Shown here piece after piece: positions 17,998-28,820 of a DNA stretch of 64,000 nucleotides (positions are counted from its first letter, which is position 1; each line of letters opens with the position of its first letter). The DNA is from an uncultured Chloroflexia bacterium. Its GTDB lineage: Bacteria > Chloroflexota > Limnocylindria > Limnocylindrales > CSP1-4. Under the pieces are notes generated by a model. It was not told where the DNA came from, did no database searches, and worked only from the letters and a program-made list of their open reading frames with translations. The position numbers and the translations under genes are program-made. The stretch is taken from the NCBI GenBank assembly GCA_963833225.1, contig CAWHXD010000017.1:256001-320000 (forward strand), written 5' to 3'.

Positions 17998-20106
17998 TCA
18001 GGCCACCCGGGCCTCCTCGACGGGTGCCTCGAACCCCGGCTCCTCGACAGGATCGTCGCGCCGGTAGGGCACATCCACGACCACGGTGTGCGGCCGCCCC
18101 AGCAGGATCGTTCGCAGTCGCCGCGCCGACTGGTTGTACAGCACCCGCTCCCACCAGTGGCGGGCAACGTACTCAGGGACCACCACGAAGGTGATCGGCT
18201 CCAGCCGATCCGGCGGCCAGGCACGGTCAAGGACGTCGAGGTAGGCGACCAGCGGACCGGCGAGGGCCCGGTATGGGCTCTCCACGATGACCAGCGGCAC
18301 GCCGGGAACCTGGCGCTCCCAGCGGGTCCGCATCTTCGCGGAATGCTCGGGGTCCACGCTGATGTAGACGGCGCTCACGTCGTCCGTGATGGATCGGGCG
18401 ACGTTGACGGCCCGCACGACCGCACGGTTGAGCGACGGGACCGGAACGATCGCGCGGTCCAGGCGGGTGGGTGGCCCGACGACGTAGTCCGGGCGGATCG
18501 CCAGCTGCGTTGCCGAGGCGGCGTACTGCCTCCGGATGAACAGCATCGCGACCACCATGGTTGGGACCAGGACCGCCACGATCCACGCCCCGGCCTCGAA
18601 CTTCTCGCTCAGCACGATGATCAGGACGACAAAGGTCAGCATTGCCCCGAAGGCGTTGATCCCCAGTCGCCACCACCAGCCCGGGACGCGGCCACGCAGC
18701 CAGTGGCGGACCATGCCGGCCTGGCTCAGGGTGAAGCACACGAACACGCCAACCGAGTACAGCGGGATGAGGCTCGTGGTGTTGCCCCTGAAGGCGACGT
18801 ACAGGCCGGCGGCGATCCCGGCCAGCAGCACGATGCCCCAGCTGTAGGCGAGGCGATCACCGCGAAACGAGAACTGGCGCGGGAAGTAGCCGTCCTGGGC
18901 CAGGATCGCGGCCAGCCGCGGGAAGGCGTTGAAGCTGGTGTTCGCCGCGAGGAACAGGATGAGCGCGGTCGCCAGCTGGAACACGTAGAACGGCGGGCTC
19001 CCGGCGCCGAATGCGGTCTGGGCCACCAGCGCAATGACCGTCGGTCCGCCGGAGAGCGGCTCGGACGGCAGGATGTCGTAGGCGCGCGCGATCACGGTGG
19101 CCCCGATGAAGATGACCCCCAGCAGGGCTGCCATGGCGAGCATCGTGTTGCCGGCGTTCCTGGCTTCCGGCGGTTTGAATGCCGGGACGCCGTTGGCGAT
19201 CGCCTCAACGCCGGTCAGCGCGACAGAGCCGCTCGCGAACGCGCGCAGGATGAGGAACAGGCCGAGCGGCTCCGTCCCGAGTGACACGATCTCGGGTGGG
19301 TGGGGCAGCGGGTCAACCGCGCCGGTCATGATCCGGAGCACACCGTTGATCACGATGAACAGGGCCATCGAGACGAACAGGTACGTCGGGACGGCAAAGA
19401 TGTTCCCCGACTCGCGGAGTCCACGCAGATTGGCGATCGTGATCAGGGCGATGACGCCGACGGCGACCTCGATGCGGACCAGCTCCAGGCCAGGCAGGAT
19501 GGAGATCAGCTGGTCCATCGCCGACGAGGTGGAGACCGCCACCGTCATCACGTAGTCGATCAGCAGCGCCGCGGCGGCCACGAGCCCGAGGATCGGGCGC
19601 AGCTCCTGGCGGGCGACCGCGTAGGCGCCGCCTCCCCCGGGAAACGCGTTGCAGACCTGCCGGTAGGAGATCGCGACCACCGCCAACAGGATCGAGATCG
19701 CGATCGCGACCTCGATGGAGACCAGCAGCGCACCCGCACCCGCGAGCACCAGGACGCGCAGGATCTCCTCCGTGGCGTAGGCGGAGGACGAGATGGCATC
19801 GGAGCTGAAGATCGGCAGCGCGAGCCGCTTGGACAGGCGTTCGCCAATCTCCTCTTCGGACGCGAGTGGGCGCCCGATCAGCCACGCCTTCCAGCGGAGA
19901 AGGGACCGGCCGAACCCTGACCTTGGCAGCGACGCCTCCGGCTTGGCGACCAGCTGGTTGGGTCCCGTATATCGGAAGTACGGCGAGTGTGGCCGATCGA
20001 CGCGCACGCGGCGGTCGCCCGGCTTGCGCCCGGTGATGGGTCGGCGACCGCGGATCACGGGTGGGACCTCAGGATGGCTGGATGCGGATATTGGGCTTGG
20101 CTGCAT
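17998..20106 (-). CDS. kimA: APC-superfamily K+ transporter KimA/YdaO-like
   Basis: LPIFSSDAISSSAYATEE, GGGAY, LLIDYVMTVAVS, ALTGVEAIANG, C-terminal cytosolic ESPYR domain. Confidence 0.88.
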   Translation of the reverse strand: MQPSPISASSHPEVPPVIRGRRPITGRKPGDRRVRVDRPHSPYFRYTGPNQLVAKPEASLPRSGFGRSLLRWKAWLIGRPLASEEEIGERLSKRLALPIFSSDAISSSAYATEEILRVLVLAGAGALLVSIEVAIAISILLAVVAISYRQVCNAFPGGGGAYAVARQELRPILGLVAAAALLIDYVMTVAVSTSSAMDQLISILPGLELVRIEVAVGVIALITIANLRGLRESGNIFAVPTYLFVSMALFIVINGVLRIMTGAVDPLPHPPEIVSLGTEPLGLFLILRAFASGSVALTGVEAIANGVPAFKPPEARNAGNTMLAMAALLGVIFIGATVIARAYDILPSEPLSGGPTVIALVAQTAFGAGSPPFYVFQLATALILFLAANTSFNAFPRLAAILAQDGYFPRQFSFRGDRLAYSWGIVLLAGIAAGLYVAFRGNTTSLIPLYSVGVFVCFTLSQAGMVRHWLRGRVPGWWWRLGINAFGAMLTFVVLIIVLSEKFEAGAWIVAVLVPTMVVAMLFIRRQYAASATQLAIRPDYVVGPPTRLDRAIVPVPSLNRAVVRAVNVARSITDDVSAVYISVDPEHSAKMRTRWERQVPGVPLVIVESPYRALAGPLVAYLDVLDRAWPPDRLEPITFVVVPEYVARHWWERVLYNQSARRLRTILLGRPHTVVVDVPYRRDDPVEEPGFEAPVEEARVA

Positions 20107-20366
20107 CAGCAGATGGGCTCGACAACGACGTCAATGCGATCATCGCGGGCAGTGGGGCGGGCTAGCAGCCGGACGCCGGCCTCGAGCGCCGGACGTCTCT
20201 GGCGCTCCAGGACCTCATCGCCGCACGCGATCCCAGCCACCAGGACGCGACGTGCCCCGTGGGCGGCGACGAGGAGGATCGCCTCGCGAACGAGGCGCTC
20301 CTCCCCGCGCCACGGCTCCGACAGGGACGCGGGGGGCACGGGGGCAGGATGCCGCTCACTGATCAC
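20106..20366 (-). CDS. Hypothetical 86-aa protein translationally coupled to kimA
   Basis: TGATG overlap with kimA start; plausible alpha/beta composition. Confidence 0.55.
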   Translation of the reverse strand: MISERHPAPVPPASLSEPWRGEERLVREAILLVAAHGARRVLVAGIACGDEVLERQRRPALEAGVRLLARPTARDDRIDVVVEPIC

Positions 20367-20422
20367 CGGACGAGCATCCGGCGGGGCACCAAGAGGGATC
20401 GGCAGCGAACGGGCCTCGGATC

Positions 20423-20439
20423 CCTAAGGATTCCCTAAA
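20423..20439 (-). promoter_or_regulatory. Putative KdpE-type binding site (11-bp period direct repeat)
   Basis: Minus strand TTTAGG GAATC CTTAGG, an AT-rich patch upstream of the small ORF-kimA unit. Confidence 0.5.
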
Positions 20440-21187
20440 GACTCGTCCCGGGCGGCTCAGCATCTTCGGCAACCTCGGCGATCCGGTAGCCCACACCGGG
20501 CTCGGTCACGATCAGACCGTCGAGACGGTGATCAGGATCCGCGGCCGCGAGCTTCCGGCGCAGCTGGCTGACATGGACGTAGACGTAGCTGTCCTCACCC
20601 TGGTACGCCTCGCCCCAGACGGCACGGAGCAGACGGCCCTTGGTGACCACCCGTCCTCGATGGGTCAGGAGCACCCGCAGCAGCTCGAACTCCCTGGGCG
20701 TGAGATCGAGGGCGCGGCCACCGATCCGGACCGCGTGGCCCGCGACGTCGAGCACGAGGGGCCCCGCGGTGACGCGACCCGCCTGGTCGCCGGCCGGGCC
20801 TGCGGCACGCCGTAGCGCCACGCGGATGCGCGCGCGCAGCTCGTCGACCCCGAATGGCTTGGTCACGTAGTCGTCAGCACCGCGGTCGAGAGCCTCAACC
20901 TTCTCGTGCTCCTCGTATCGTCCGGACAGGATCACGATCGGTGTGGCGGCCTCGCGCCGGATAGCGGACACCACGCGTAGCCCATCCATGTCCGGCAGGC
21001 CGAGGTCAAGCAGCACGAGGTCCGGTCGTCGAGCCGCCCAGCGTTCGAGCGCCGTCCGCCCATCCGCCGCCTCCGCGACCGCGTAGCCTCCGGCCACCAG
21101 CTCGCGAACCAGGGCCGCCCGGGTCTCGGTGTCGTCTTCGACGACCAGGATCGTCGCACCCGAGCCGATGGGCACCGGGGGCCGCAT
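20435..21187 (-). CDS. kdpE: KdpE-like response regulator
   Basis: LVVEDD, LLDLGLPDMDG, KVEALDRGADDYVTKPFG, IVTEPGVGY. Confidence 0.88.
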   Translation of the reverse strand: MRPPVPIGSGATILVVEDDTETRAALVRELVAGGYAVAEAADGRTALERWAARRPDLVLLDLGLPDMDGLRVVSAIRREAATPIVILSGRYEEHEKVEALDRGADDYVTKPFGVDELRARIRVALRRAAGPAGDQAGRVTAGPLVLDVAGHAVRIGGRALDLTPREFELLRVLLTHRGRVVTKGRLLRAVWGEAYQGEDSYVYVHVSQLRRKLAAADPDHRLDGLIVTEPGVGYRIAEVAEDAEPPGTSL

Positions 21188-22755
21188 CACGCCGTCGCCT
21201 CCGCCGGCGACGGTTCGGCGAGGCCGTCCGGCACGCGTGTTGCCGGCAGGTCGATATCCACCGCAAGCCCACCAAGCTCGCTGCGGCGGGCGGCCACGCG
21301 CCCGCCGGTGGCCTCGACCAGCCCGCGCGCCACCGCGAGGCCGATCCCAGTCCCTTCCCGCGACGACCACCGGCGATTCGGGACCCGGTAGAACTTCTCG
21401 AACAGGCGCGGCAGCAGCTCGTCCGGCACGCCCGGCCCATCGTCCTCGATCGTGAGCCGGACCCGGTCGGGGTCGAGGTCCCGGGCCGTCACCCGGATCC
21501 GCGCTCCATCGGGCGTGTACTTCACCGCGTTGTCGAGGACGTTGCCAGCGGCTTCGTCCACGAATACCGGGTCCGCGGACACCGGGACTGCCCGGAGGTC
21601 GACGTCCAGGCGGCGGCCCGCGAGGCGGGTCCGCGTGCTCTCGACCGAGCGGGTCAGCAGATCGTCGAGATCGAACAGCTCACGCACCGGTCGCAGGGCC
21701 CCCGCCTCGATCCGCGACAGGTCCAGGAGATTTGTCACGAGTCGGTTGAGGTAGGCGACCTCCCGCTCGATGGCGTCGGCGCTCGCCTGCCGGTCCATAT
21801 CCGACAGCGCGCCGTCGGGCCGCAGGCTCCCCGCTGCCGCGCGGATCGTCGCCAGCGGCGTCCGCAGGTCATGCGAGACCGATTGGAGGAGCGCGGACTT
21901 GAGGGCGTCACTCTGGCGGGCCACCTCCGCCGCGCGTGTCTGGTCCTCGGACCGCTCGACGGCGATCGCCTGCCCCACCTGGCCCGCGGTCGCCGCCAGC
22001 AGCCGGGTCTGGATGCCGTCCGGCTCGCCCAGCGACCGGGCGCGCGTCGCCCAGATCGATCCGAGCGGCTCGCCGCCGGCCTCGATGCGGATGCGGTAGG
22101 CGTCACTGGGCGCCGAGGCGCGGATCATTCCCGGACGCTGGACGAGCACCCATCGCGGCGGCTGGTCATCGGGCAGGCGCTGGAGCACGCGAACGCGTCC
22201 GGGCTGGACAGGCGGGCGGCCCTCGCCGCTGTCGGCCGCCACGGTCTCCGTCGCCGGATCCGGGCCGATCCCGATCCAGGCACGTTCGAGATCGGCCTCC
22301 GCAGCGAGGACCTCGACGATCCCACGCAGCGCGCCGCGCATCGTGGTTCGACTGGCCAGCGAGCGGCTGACCCCGAACAGGGCGCGAGCCTCGCGCTCAC
22401 GGGCCGTGGCCGCCTCGGCACGCTCGCGCTGCGTGGCGGCCAGCCGGCCGACAACCACCCCGACGAACAGCAACAGCACGGTGCTGAGCAGCACGCCCGG
22501 GTCATGGATCAGGAAGGTGTAGCGAGGCTCGGTGAACCAGAAGTTGTAGAGCGCCGCGGAGCCCATCGCGGTCACGATCGCCCCGTCGGTGCCGACCAGC
22601 AGCGCCACGAACACCACGGCGACGAGATAGACGGCCGACGCGTTGTCGACGCCCAGGGCTCCCTCGAGCAGGGCGACGGCCGCCGTCGCCAGCGCGAGCG
22701 AGATGCCCGCTGCGGCGAGCAGCCGGACCAGGCGGCGGAGCGCAGTGGGCATCAT
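21187..22755 (-). CDS. KdpD-like sensor kinase (DUF4118 + GAF + HK), lacking N-terminal KdpD/Usp domains
   Basis: YNFWFTEPRYTF DUF4118 motif, SVSHDLRTPL, NLLDLSRIEAG, GIGLAV. Confidence 0.88.
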   Translation of the reverse strand: MMPTALRRLVRLLAAAGISLALATAAVALLEGALGVDNASAVYLVAVVFVALLVGTDGAIVTAMGSAALYNFWFTEPRYTFLIHDPGVLLSTVLLLFVGVVVGRLAATQRERAEAATAREREARALFGVSRSLASRTTMRGALRGIVEVLAAEADLERAWIGIGPDPATETVAADSGEGRPPVQPGRVRVLQRLPDDQPPRWVLVQRPGMIRASAPSDAYRIRIEAGGEPLGSIWATRARSLGEPDGIQTRLLAATAGQVGQAIAVERSEDQTRAAEVARQSDALKSALLQSVSHDLRTPLATIRAAAGSLRPDGALSDMDRQASADAIEREVAYLNRLVTNLLDLSRIEAGALRPVRELFDLDDLLTRSVESTRTRLAGRRLDVDLRAVPVSADPVFVDEAAGNVLDNAVKYTPDGARIRVTARDLDPDRVRLTIEDDGPGVPDELLPRLFEKFYRVPNRRWSSREGTGIGLAVARGLVEATGGRVAARRSELGGLAVDIDLPATRVPDGLAEPSPAEATA

Positions 22756-22935
22756 CGTTGAAGGTCGTCCGGCAGTCGGGCCGGAGCGCGTGGAGGTCGA
22801 GCGGCCCCCGGTATCCATGAGCTGGCGCGCTCCGTGCGCGTGCCGCGCAGCATATGGCACGACGGCCGACGATGAACTGGGCGTTCGGGCGCCCTGGGCC
22901 TGACCGGTCGGTTGCCGGTCGTTGCCGCCACGCAA

Positions 22936-22964
22936 GAGCCCCTCCTGGCAACCCGGAGGGGCTC
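22936..22964 (-). terminator. Hairpin terminator downstream of tRNA-Lys
   Basis: GAGCCCCTCC / GGAGGGGCTC 10-bp perfect stem. Confidence 0.7.
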
Positions 22965-22980
22965 GTTCGTGCATGAGAGA

Positions 22981-23055
22981 TGGTGAGCCCGCAGAGATTC
23001 GAACTCTGAACCTAGGGATTAAGAGTCCCCCGCTCTACCGTTGAGCTACGGGCCC
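22981..23055 (-). tRNA. tRNA-Lys (CTT)
   Basis: GGGCCCGTAGCTCAACGGTAGAGC...CT CTT AA...GTTCGAATC...CACCA. Confidence 0.97.
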
Positions 23056-23148
23056 GGACCGCGGGAAGGATAACGCACATCTACGCGGGCGCGCGGCGGC
23101 CTTGGCGTCGCACCGGGCTCCTTGGCCGTGCCAGGAGCGGAGGGCTCG

Positions 23149-24384
23149 TTAGACCCGCTCGACCGCCATCGCCACCGAGCCACCACCGCCCAGGCAGAGC
23201 GTTGCGAGCCCGAGGGTGCCGCCGCGCCGCGCCAGCTCGTGGAGCAGCGTCGCCACGATCCGCGCGCCGCTGGCGCCGATCGGATGGCCCAGCGCGATCG
23301 CCCCGCCGTTGACGTTGACCTTCGCCCAGTCGAGACCCAGCTCGCGTCCATCGGCGAGCACCTGCGCCGCAAACGCCTCGTTCATCTCGACCAGGTCGTA
23401 GGCACCGGGAGCGATCCCGGTCCGCGCTTCGAGCGCACGGACTCCCTGGATCGGCGCCAGGAACAGCCACTTGGGCGTCACCTCCGCCTGGGCGTAGCCC
23501 ACGACCCGGGCCATCGGTCGCAGCCCGTACCGCTCCACCGCGCGCTCGGATGCCACGACCATGGCCGCCGCCCCATCGGTGATCCCGGGGGCGTTGCCGG
23601 CTGTCACGGTCCCGGTCGTCGCGCTGCCGCGATCGTCGCCGGTCGGCAGGTCGAACACCGGCTTGAGCCGGCCGAGCGCCTCGAGGGTCGTGTCGGCGCG
23701 CGGTCCCTCGTCCGCGGTGACCACCGTCTCGCGCCCCTTCGCATCGCGGACCGTGACCGGCGCCATCTCCGCGTCGAACCGGCCGTCCGCCTGGGCGGCC
23801 ACGGCGCGCCGGTGCGACTCCAGTGCGAAGGCGTCCTGGTCCTCGCGCGAGACCGCGCTGTGGATCGCGACCCGCTCGGCATGGGTGCCCATGTGGCAGT
23901 CCTCGATGGCGCACCACAGCCCATCGGTCACCGCAGCATCATCGAGCAATCCCCGGCCCAGGCGGTAGCCGAACCGCGCCTTGCCCAGCAGGAACGGCGC
24001 CTGGTTCATCGACTCCATCCCGCCCGCGACATACAGGTCCCCGTCGCCGGCGCGGATCCCGGCCGCGGCCAGCATGATCGCCTTGAGTCCCGACCCGCAC
24101 ACGCGGTTGATGGTCGTGGCCGGGGTGGTGTCGGCAAGGCCGGCCCGAAGCAGCGCCTGGCGCGCCGGAGCCTGGCCGGCGCCGGCCTGCAGCACCTGGC
24201 CCATCAGGACCTCGTCCACGTGGACATCGAGCGGCAGCCCGGAACGGTCGATCGCGGCCCGGATCGCCACGGCGCCCAGCTCCACGGCGGGGACCCCCGA
24301 GAGGGCACCGCCGAACTTGCCGATCGGGGTGCGGGCGGCACCGACGAGGAAGACATGGCCGTTGGGCTGCGCGCGCTGGTCCAT
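23149..24384 (-). CDS. Acetyl-CoA C-acetyltransferase (thiolase)
   Basis: [44 protein letters not shown]. Confidence 0.96.
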   Translation of the reverse strand: MDQRAQPNGHVFLVGAARTPIGKFGGALSGVPAVELGAVAIRAAIDRSGLPLDVHVDEVLMGQVLQAGAGQAPARQALLRAGLADTTPATTINRVCGSGLKAIMLAAAGIRAGDGDLYVAGGMESMNQAPFLLGKARFGYRLGRGLLDDAAVTDGLWCAIEDCHMGTHAERVAIHSAVSREDQDAFALESHRRAVAAQADGRFDAEMAPVTVRDAKGRETVVTADEGPRADTTLEALGRLKPVFDLPTGDDRGSATTGTVTAGNAPGITDGAAAMVVASERAVERYGLRPMARVVGYAQAEVTPKWLFLAPIQGVRALEARTGIAPGAYDLVEMNEAFAAQVLADGRELGLDWAKVNVNGGAIALGHPIGASGARIVATLLHELARRGGTLGLATLCLGGGGSVAMAVERV

Positions 24385-24425
24385 TGCCCGACTCTACACC
24401 GCGGCGGGATGGCGGGCCGGGGGCG

Positions 24426-25286
24426 TCAACGGGGGTAGGTGTGGAACCCGCGACCGGTCTTCTGGCCGAGATGGCCCTCGGCGACGAGCCGCTCCAGGAT
24501 CGCGGGGGGAGCGAACTGCGCCTGACCAAACCCCTCGTGGAGGACGCGCATGATCCCGAGGCACACGTCGAGCCCGATGAAGTCGGCCAGCTCCAGCGGC
24601 CCCATCGGGTGGTTGAGGCCGACCCGGGCGCCGGTGTCGATGTCGTTGGCCGTGCCCAGGCCCTCTTCGAACGCGCGCATGGCCTCGGCGAGGAATGGCA
24701 TCAGGATGCGGTTGACGATGAACCCGGGCCGGTCTCCGGACACGATGACCTGCTTGCCGAGCTCGGCGGCCAGCGCCCGGACCGCGGCCTCGGTTGCGTC
24801 GTCTGTCGCCCTGCCCCGGATGAGCTCGATCAGCGGCATCACGGGCACGGGGCTGAAGAAGTGCATCCCGACGAAGCGGGCGCGCCGCCCCTCCCCGACC
24901 GCGGCCGCCAAGCGGTCGATGGCGATCGACGAGGTGTTCGAGGCGAATACGGCGTGCGCGGGAGCGATCCCGTCGAGCTCCGCCCACAGGCGCGTCTTGA
25001 CCTCCACGTCCTCGAACACGGCCTCGACCACCAGGTCCGCGTCGGCTGCGGCCGTGACGTCGGCGGTGGCGACGAGCCGCTCGAGGATGGCATCCCGGTC
25101 GGCGGCCGTGATCTTGCCCTTGGCCACGGCCCGGTCGAGGTTGCCGGCGATCCGTGCCCTGCCCGCCGCGGCTCGAGCGAGGTCCGGCTCATAGAGGGCC
25201 ACCTGCTTGCCGATGGCCGCATGGACCTGGGCGATCCCGTGCCCCATCAGGCCCGCGCCCGCGACGAAGACCCGCTCGATGCTCAT
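24426..25286 (-). CDS. hbd: 3-hydroxybutyryl-CoA dehydrogenase
   Basis: GAGLMGHGIA, ASNTSS, GMHFF, PGFIVNR, HPMGPLELADFIGLD. Confidence 0.93.
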   Translation of the reverse strand: MSIERVFVAGAGLMGHGIAQVHAAIGKQVALYEPDLARAAAGRARIAGNLDRAVAKGKITAADRDAILERLVATADVTAAADADLVVEAVFEDVEVKTRLWAELDGIAPAHAVFASNTSSIAIDRLAAAVGEGRRARFVGMHFFSPVPVMPLIELIRGRATDDATEAAVRALAAELGKQVIVSGDRPGFIVNRILMPFLAEAMRAFEEGLGTANDIDTGARVGLNHPMGPLELADFIGLDVCLGIMRVLHEGFGQAQFAPPAILERLVAEGHLGQKTGRGFHTYPR

Positions 25287-26284
25287 TGCCGTTCCTCCGG
25301 TCTGATGCCCAGCGCGGCGAGCAGCTGGTCCGCGGCGGCGTAGGGGTCACGGTCGTGACCGGCGACCGCCTCGATCGCCTCCCCGGTGGCCGCCTCCAGC
25401 GAGGGCGCCTCCAGGCGACCCCAGATCCGCTCCACCAGCACGGCCCGGACCTGTGCTCCGGCGCGAGCCCGGCGCGATGCGCTCGTCGCACCGGCGGTGC
25501 CGCTCGCACGGTGGCGGTCGAGCGCGGCAAGCAGCTCCGGGACCCCCTCGCCGGTCACGGCCGTGGTCACCAGGACGTCGGGCCGCTTGGGGGCCGGCCT
25601 TGCCGGATCGTCATCCACGGGCGCGCCCCCCGGCACCAGCATCGCGCGCAGCTGCGCCGCCGTTCGCTGGGCACCCGGCCGATCGCCCTTGTTGACGACC
25701 ACGAGATCCGCGACCTCGAGCAGCCCCGCCTTGATCGCCTGGACCTCGTCGCCCATCTCCGGAGCCTCGAGGACCACGGTCGTGTCGGCCGCTGCGGCCA
25801 CCTCGACCTCGCTCTGGCCCGTGCCCACGGTCTCGAGGAGCACCATGTCGAAGCCGGCGGCGTCGAAGACGCTGGCCGCGGTCGCGGAGGTGGCGGCAAG
25901 TCCGCCGGCATGTCCGCGCGAGGCCATCGACCGGATGAACACGCCGTCGTCGGCCGCGTAGGCCTGCATCCGCACCCGGTCGCCCAGCAGCGCGCCGCCC
26001 GTGATCGGCGAGGACGGATCGACAGCCACGACGGCCACGGTTCGGCCTGCCGCGCGGAGCTCCGCGATGAGCGCGGCGACCAGCGTGGACTTGCCGGCGC
26101 CCGGCGGGCCGGTGATGCCCACCAGGTGCGCTCGACCGGCCAGCGGGTAGAGACGCCGCAGGGCAAGCTCGGCGACGGGCGTGTGGTTCTCGACCGCCGT
26201 CAGCAGCCGGGCAAGCGCACGGCGGTCGCCCGCCCGGGCCGCGTCGCCAAGGGCCTGCGCGCGCTCCGCCGGACCCTGCGTCAC
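25283..26284 (-). CDS. meaB: MeaB/ArgK GTPase chaperone of B12 acyl-CoA mutases
   Basis: [44 protein letters not shown]. Confidence 0.95.
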   Translation of the reverse strand: MTQGPAERAQALGDAARAGDRRALARLLTAVENHTPVAELALRRLYPLAGRAHLVGITGPPGAGKSTLVAALIAELRAAGRTVAVVAVDPSSPITGGALLGDRVRMQAYAADDGVFIRSMASRGHAGGLAATSATAASVFDAAGFDMVLLETVGTGQSEVEVAAAADTTVVLEAPEMGDEVQAIKAGLLEVADLVVVNKGDRPGAQRTAAQLRAMLVPGGAPVDDDPARPAPKRPDVLVTTAVTGEGVPELLAALDRHRASGTAGATSASRRARAGAQVRAVLVERIWGRLEAPSLEAATGEAIEAVAGHDRDPYAAADQLLAALGIRPEERQ

Positions 26285-26688
26285 TCGACCCGCGGCGTGG
26301 CGTTGGCGCGGATGAAGTCGGCGACCTCGCGGATCGTCGTCCCGGGTCCGAACACGCCGGCGACGCCCCCCTCCTTGAGCGGCTCCACGTCGTCGTCAGG
26401 GATGATCCCGCCCACCGTCACCAGCACGTCGTCCAGCCCGCGCTCGCGCAGCTGGGCGCACACCCTGGGCACGAGCGTCATGTGGGCGCCGGACAGGATG
26501 GACAGGCCCACGACGTCGACGTCCTCCTGGAGAGCCGCGGTCACGATCATCTCCGGGGTCTGCCGGAGTCCGGTGTAGACCACCTCGAAGCCCTCGTCAC
26601 GCAGCCCCCGCGCGAGCACCTTGGCGCCCCGGTCGTGGCCGTCGAGACCGGGCTTCGCGATGAGCACCTTGAGCGGTCGGTCGGTCAT
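26281..26688 (-). CDS. Acyl-CoA mutase cobalamin-binding small subunit (IcmB/MCM-C)
   Basis: [27 protein letters not shown]. Confidence 0.95.
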   Translation of the reverse strand: MTDRPLKVLIAKPGLDGHDRGAKVLARGLRDEGFEVVYTGLRQTPEMIVTAALQEDVDVVGLSILSGAHMTLVPRVCAQLRERGLDDVLVTVGGIIPDDDVEPLKEGGVAGVFGPGTTIREVADFIRANATPRVE

Positions 26689-26882
26689 GCGCGGATTGTA
26701 GGCCGTGCCATGCCCCCCGGCGAAGTCACACATGGCCGGAGGTTTCGATTTGGCAACGGAGCAGGCGAATTTGCAGAATTCTGTGTAGCCGTGCTGGAAG
26801 CGCGGGTGGATACTCCGCCGGCCGGGGTCGCTGTCAAGCGCGCCACGGCGACCTCCCCCGAATCCGGCGCGCGGAGGTCTCC

Positions 26883-28007
26883 ATGAAGCGTCCCATCTCA
26901 GCGCTGGTTGCGGCTGCCCTGCTTGCCTCGGTGGCCATATCGACCGCCAGCGCCGCGGATCCGAGCTACACCGTTGTCGCCGACGGGCTCCACAGCCCGC
27001 GCGGCCTCGCCTTCGGGCCCAACGGCCGCCTGTACGTGGCCGAGGCGGGCCTTGGCGGCGGCAATCCCACCGACGGGATCATGCCCGGCTTCGGGTTCAC
27101 TGGCTCGGTCACCGAGATCCGCCATGCTCGCGGCACGCATCCGAGCGCCCGCGTCCTGATCTCGGGTCTGCCGTCCGCGGCCGACGAGGAGGGCACCGTC
27201 GGGCCTGACGGCATCTCCGTCCACGGCAACGGCAACATCCTGGTCCAGGTCTCCCTGTCGCAGGAGCAGACCGGCCTGCCAAGCGACCTCGTGGGGCGCC
27301 TGATCAAGGTCACGCCCAGTGGTCGATCCCGGGTGGTTGCGAACATCGGCGACATGAACTACGAGTGGTCCACGCAGCACCAGGATCTGGCCCCCAACGA
27401 CTTCAACCCAGGCGACTCCAATCCCTACGCGGTGCTCGCGGTAGCCGGAGGGGCGTACGTCGCGGATGCCGGCACCAACACCCTGAGCTGGGTTGCCGCC
27501 AACGGGAGGTCCCGGATCCTCGCCTACTTCCCGAACAACACATTCGCTGATGCCACGCCGACGTGCATCGCCAAGGGCCCCGACGGGGCCTTGTACATCG
27601 GGACGCTGGCCCTCGTGGACTCGGTCGGGACCCTCCTCGGCATCCCGGGCCTCCCGCCCCCGCACCCCGCAGCGACCGTGTATCGCGTCGACCCGGCCGC
27701 CGCGGATCCGTCCGATCTGTCAGCCGTGCTGAGCCTCGCGACGCCGTGGGCGGCCGGCCTGTGGCCGATCACCGGGTGCGCGGCGAGCCGAACCACGTTC
27801 TACGCTTCCGAGTTCATCTCGGGGGCGGGTCCGAGCGGTCCGTTCGGCGACGTGGTGGCCATCCCCTTCGCCCATCCAGACCAGCAGACGTCGCTGACGG
27901 ACGGCGGGCTGTCGTTCCCGGGCGGCGTCGCCATTGGCCGGGACGGTCACGTCTACGTGTCCAACATGAGCACGTCCGCGGCCGGCCAGGTCGTCCGCCT
28001 GCCCTGA
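26883..28007 (+). CDS. Secreted ScyD/ScyE-family beta-propeller protein
   Basis: Signal peptide, [40 protein letters not shown]. Confidence 0.8.
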   Translation: MKRPISALVAAALLASVAISTASAADPSYTVVADGLHSPRGLAFGPNGRLYVAEAGLGGGNPTDGIMPGFGFTGSVTEIRHARGTHPSARVLISGLPSAADEEGTVGPDGISVHGNGNILVQVSLSQEQTGLPSDLVGRLIKVTPSGRSRVVANIGDMNYEWSTQHQDLAPNDFNPGDSNPYAVLAVAGGAYVADAGTNTLSWVAANGRSRILAYFPNNTFADATPTCIAKGPDGALYIGTLALVDSVGTLLGIPGLPPPHPAATVYRVDPAAADPSDLSAVLSLATPWAAGLWPITGCAASRTTFYASEFISGAGPSGPFGDVVAIPFAHPDQQTSLTDGGLSFPGGVAIGRDGHVYVSNMSTSAAGQVVRLP

Positions 28008-28030
28008 CGCGATCTCGGCTCATCAGGCAC

Positions 28031-28059
28031 GGGGCCGCCCGCCACTGGCGGACGGCCTC
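28031..28059. terminator. Hairpin between convergent genes
   Basis: GGGGCCGCCCGCC-ACT-GGCGGACGGCCTC imperfect inverted repeat. Confidence 0.45.
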
Positions 28060-28127
28060 GTCCGATTTGCGTGCCACGCGGCCACCCGCGGGCGCGCGGA
28101 TGGAGGGTGGGTGCCGAGCGCGAGAGG

Positions 28128-28820
28128 TCAGGCGCCTGGCGCCGGCCGCCCGATGTGCGAGAAGAACTCGGCGCGGGTCTTGTCGTTGCGCCGGAACAGG
28201 CCCTGGACGGCCGCCGTGGTCATCACCGTGCCGGGCTTGCGCACACCGCGCATCGCGGCGCACAGGTGGGTGGCCTCGAGCACGACGCCGACCCCCTTGG
28301 GGGCGAGGCGCTCCATGAGGAAGTCCGCGATCTCCTGGGTCATCCGCTCCTGGATCTGGAGCCGGCGCGCATACATCTCCACCACCCGCGGGATCTTGGA
28401 CAGGCCGATGACCCGGCCGTCGGGCACGTACGCCACGTGCGCCGACCCGAAGAATGGCAGCAGGTGATGCTCGCACAGGGAGTAGAACGGGATCTCCTTG
28501 ACCACGACCATCTCGCTGTAGCCGACCTCGAAGATCGCGCGATTGATGAGGCGCTCCGGGTCCACGTGGTAGCCCGCGGTCAGCTCCTGGTACATCCGGT
28601 GCATGCGGTCAGGGGTCGCGACCAGGCCCGGACGATCCGGATCCTCACCGACCTCGAGCAGGATCTCCCGGACCGCCGCCTCGATCCGGCCGGTGGTGGT
28701 GGGCACGGGCTCGGGGGCCTGGGTGCTCCCGGGGTCGTCGTCGCCGATCTCGTGCTCAATCTGGTCGACGATGAGGCGGACGTTGTCGGGCAGGTCGCGA
28801 GGGTCGTGGTGGTCGGTCAT
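28128..28820 (-). CDS. folE: GTP cyclohydrolase I
   Basis: [35 protein letters not shown]. Confidence 0.97.
   Translation of the reverse strand: MTDHHDPRDLPDNVRLIVDQIEHEIGDDDPGSTQAPEPVPTTTGRIEAAVREILLEVGEDPDRPGLVATPDRMHRMYQELTAGYHVDPERLINRAIFEVGYSEMVVVKEIPFYSLCEHHLLPFFGSAHVAYVPDGRVIGLSKIPRVVEMYARRLQIQERMTQEIADFLMERLAPKGVGVVLEATHLCAAMRGVRKPGTVMTTAAVQGLFRRNDKTRAEFFSHIGRPAPGA

Noticed and set aside
22981-23055. tRNA-anchored genomic island (also tRNA-Arg at 59773)
   Set aside because: No integrase and no duplicated tRNA 3' end seen in the window.
26883-28007. Scytonemin biosynthesis
   Set aside because: ScyD/E-like propellers are widespread and no scyABC genes are present.
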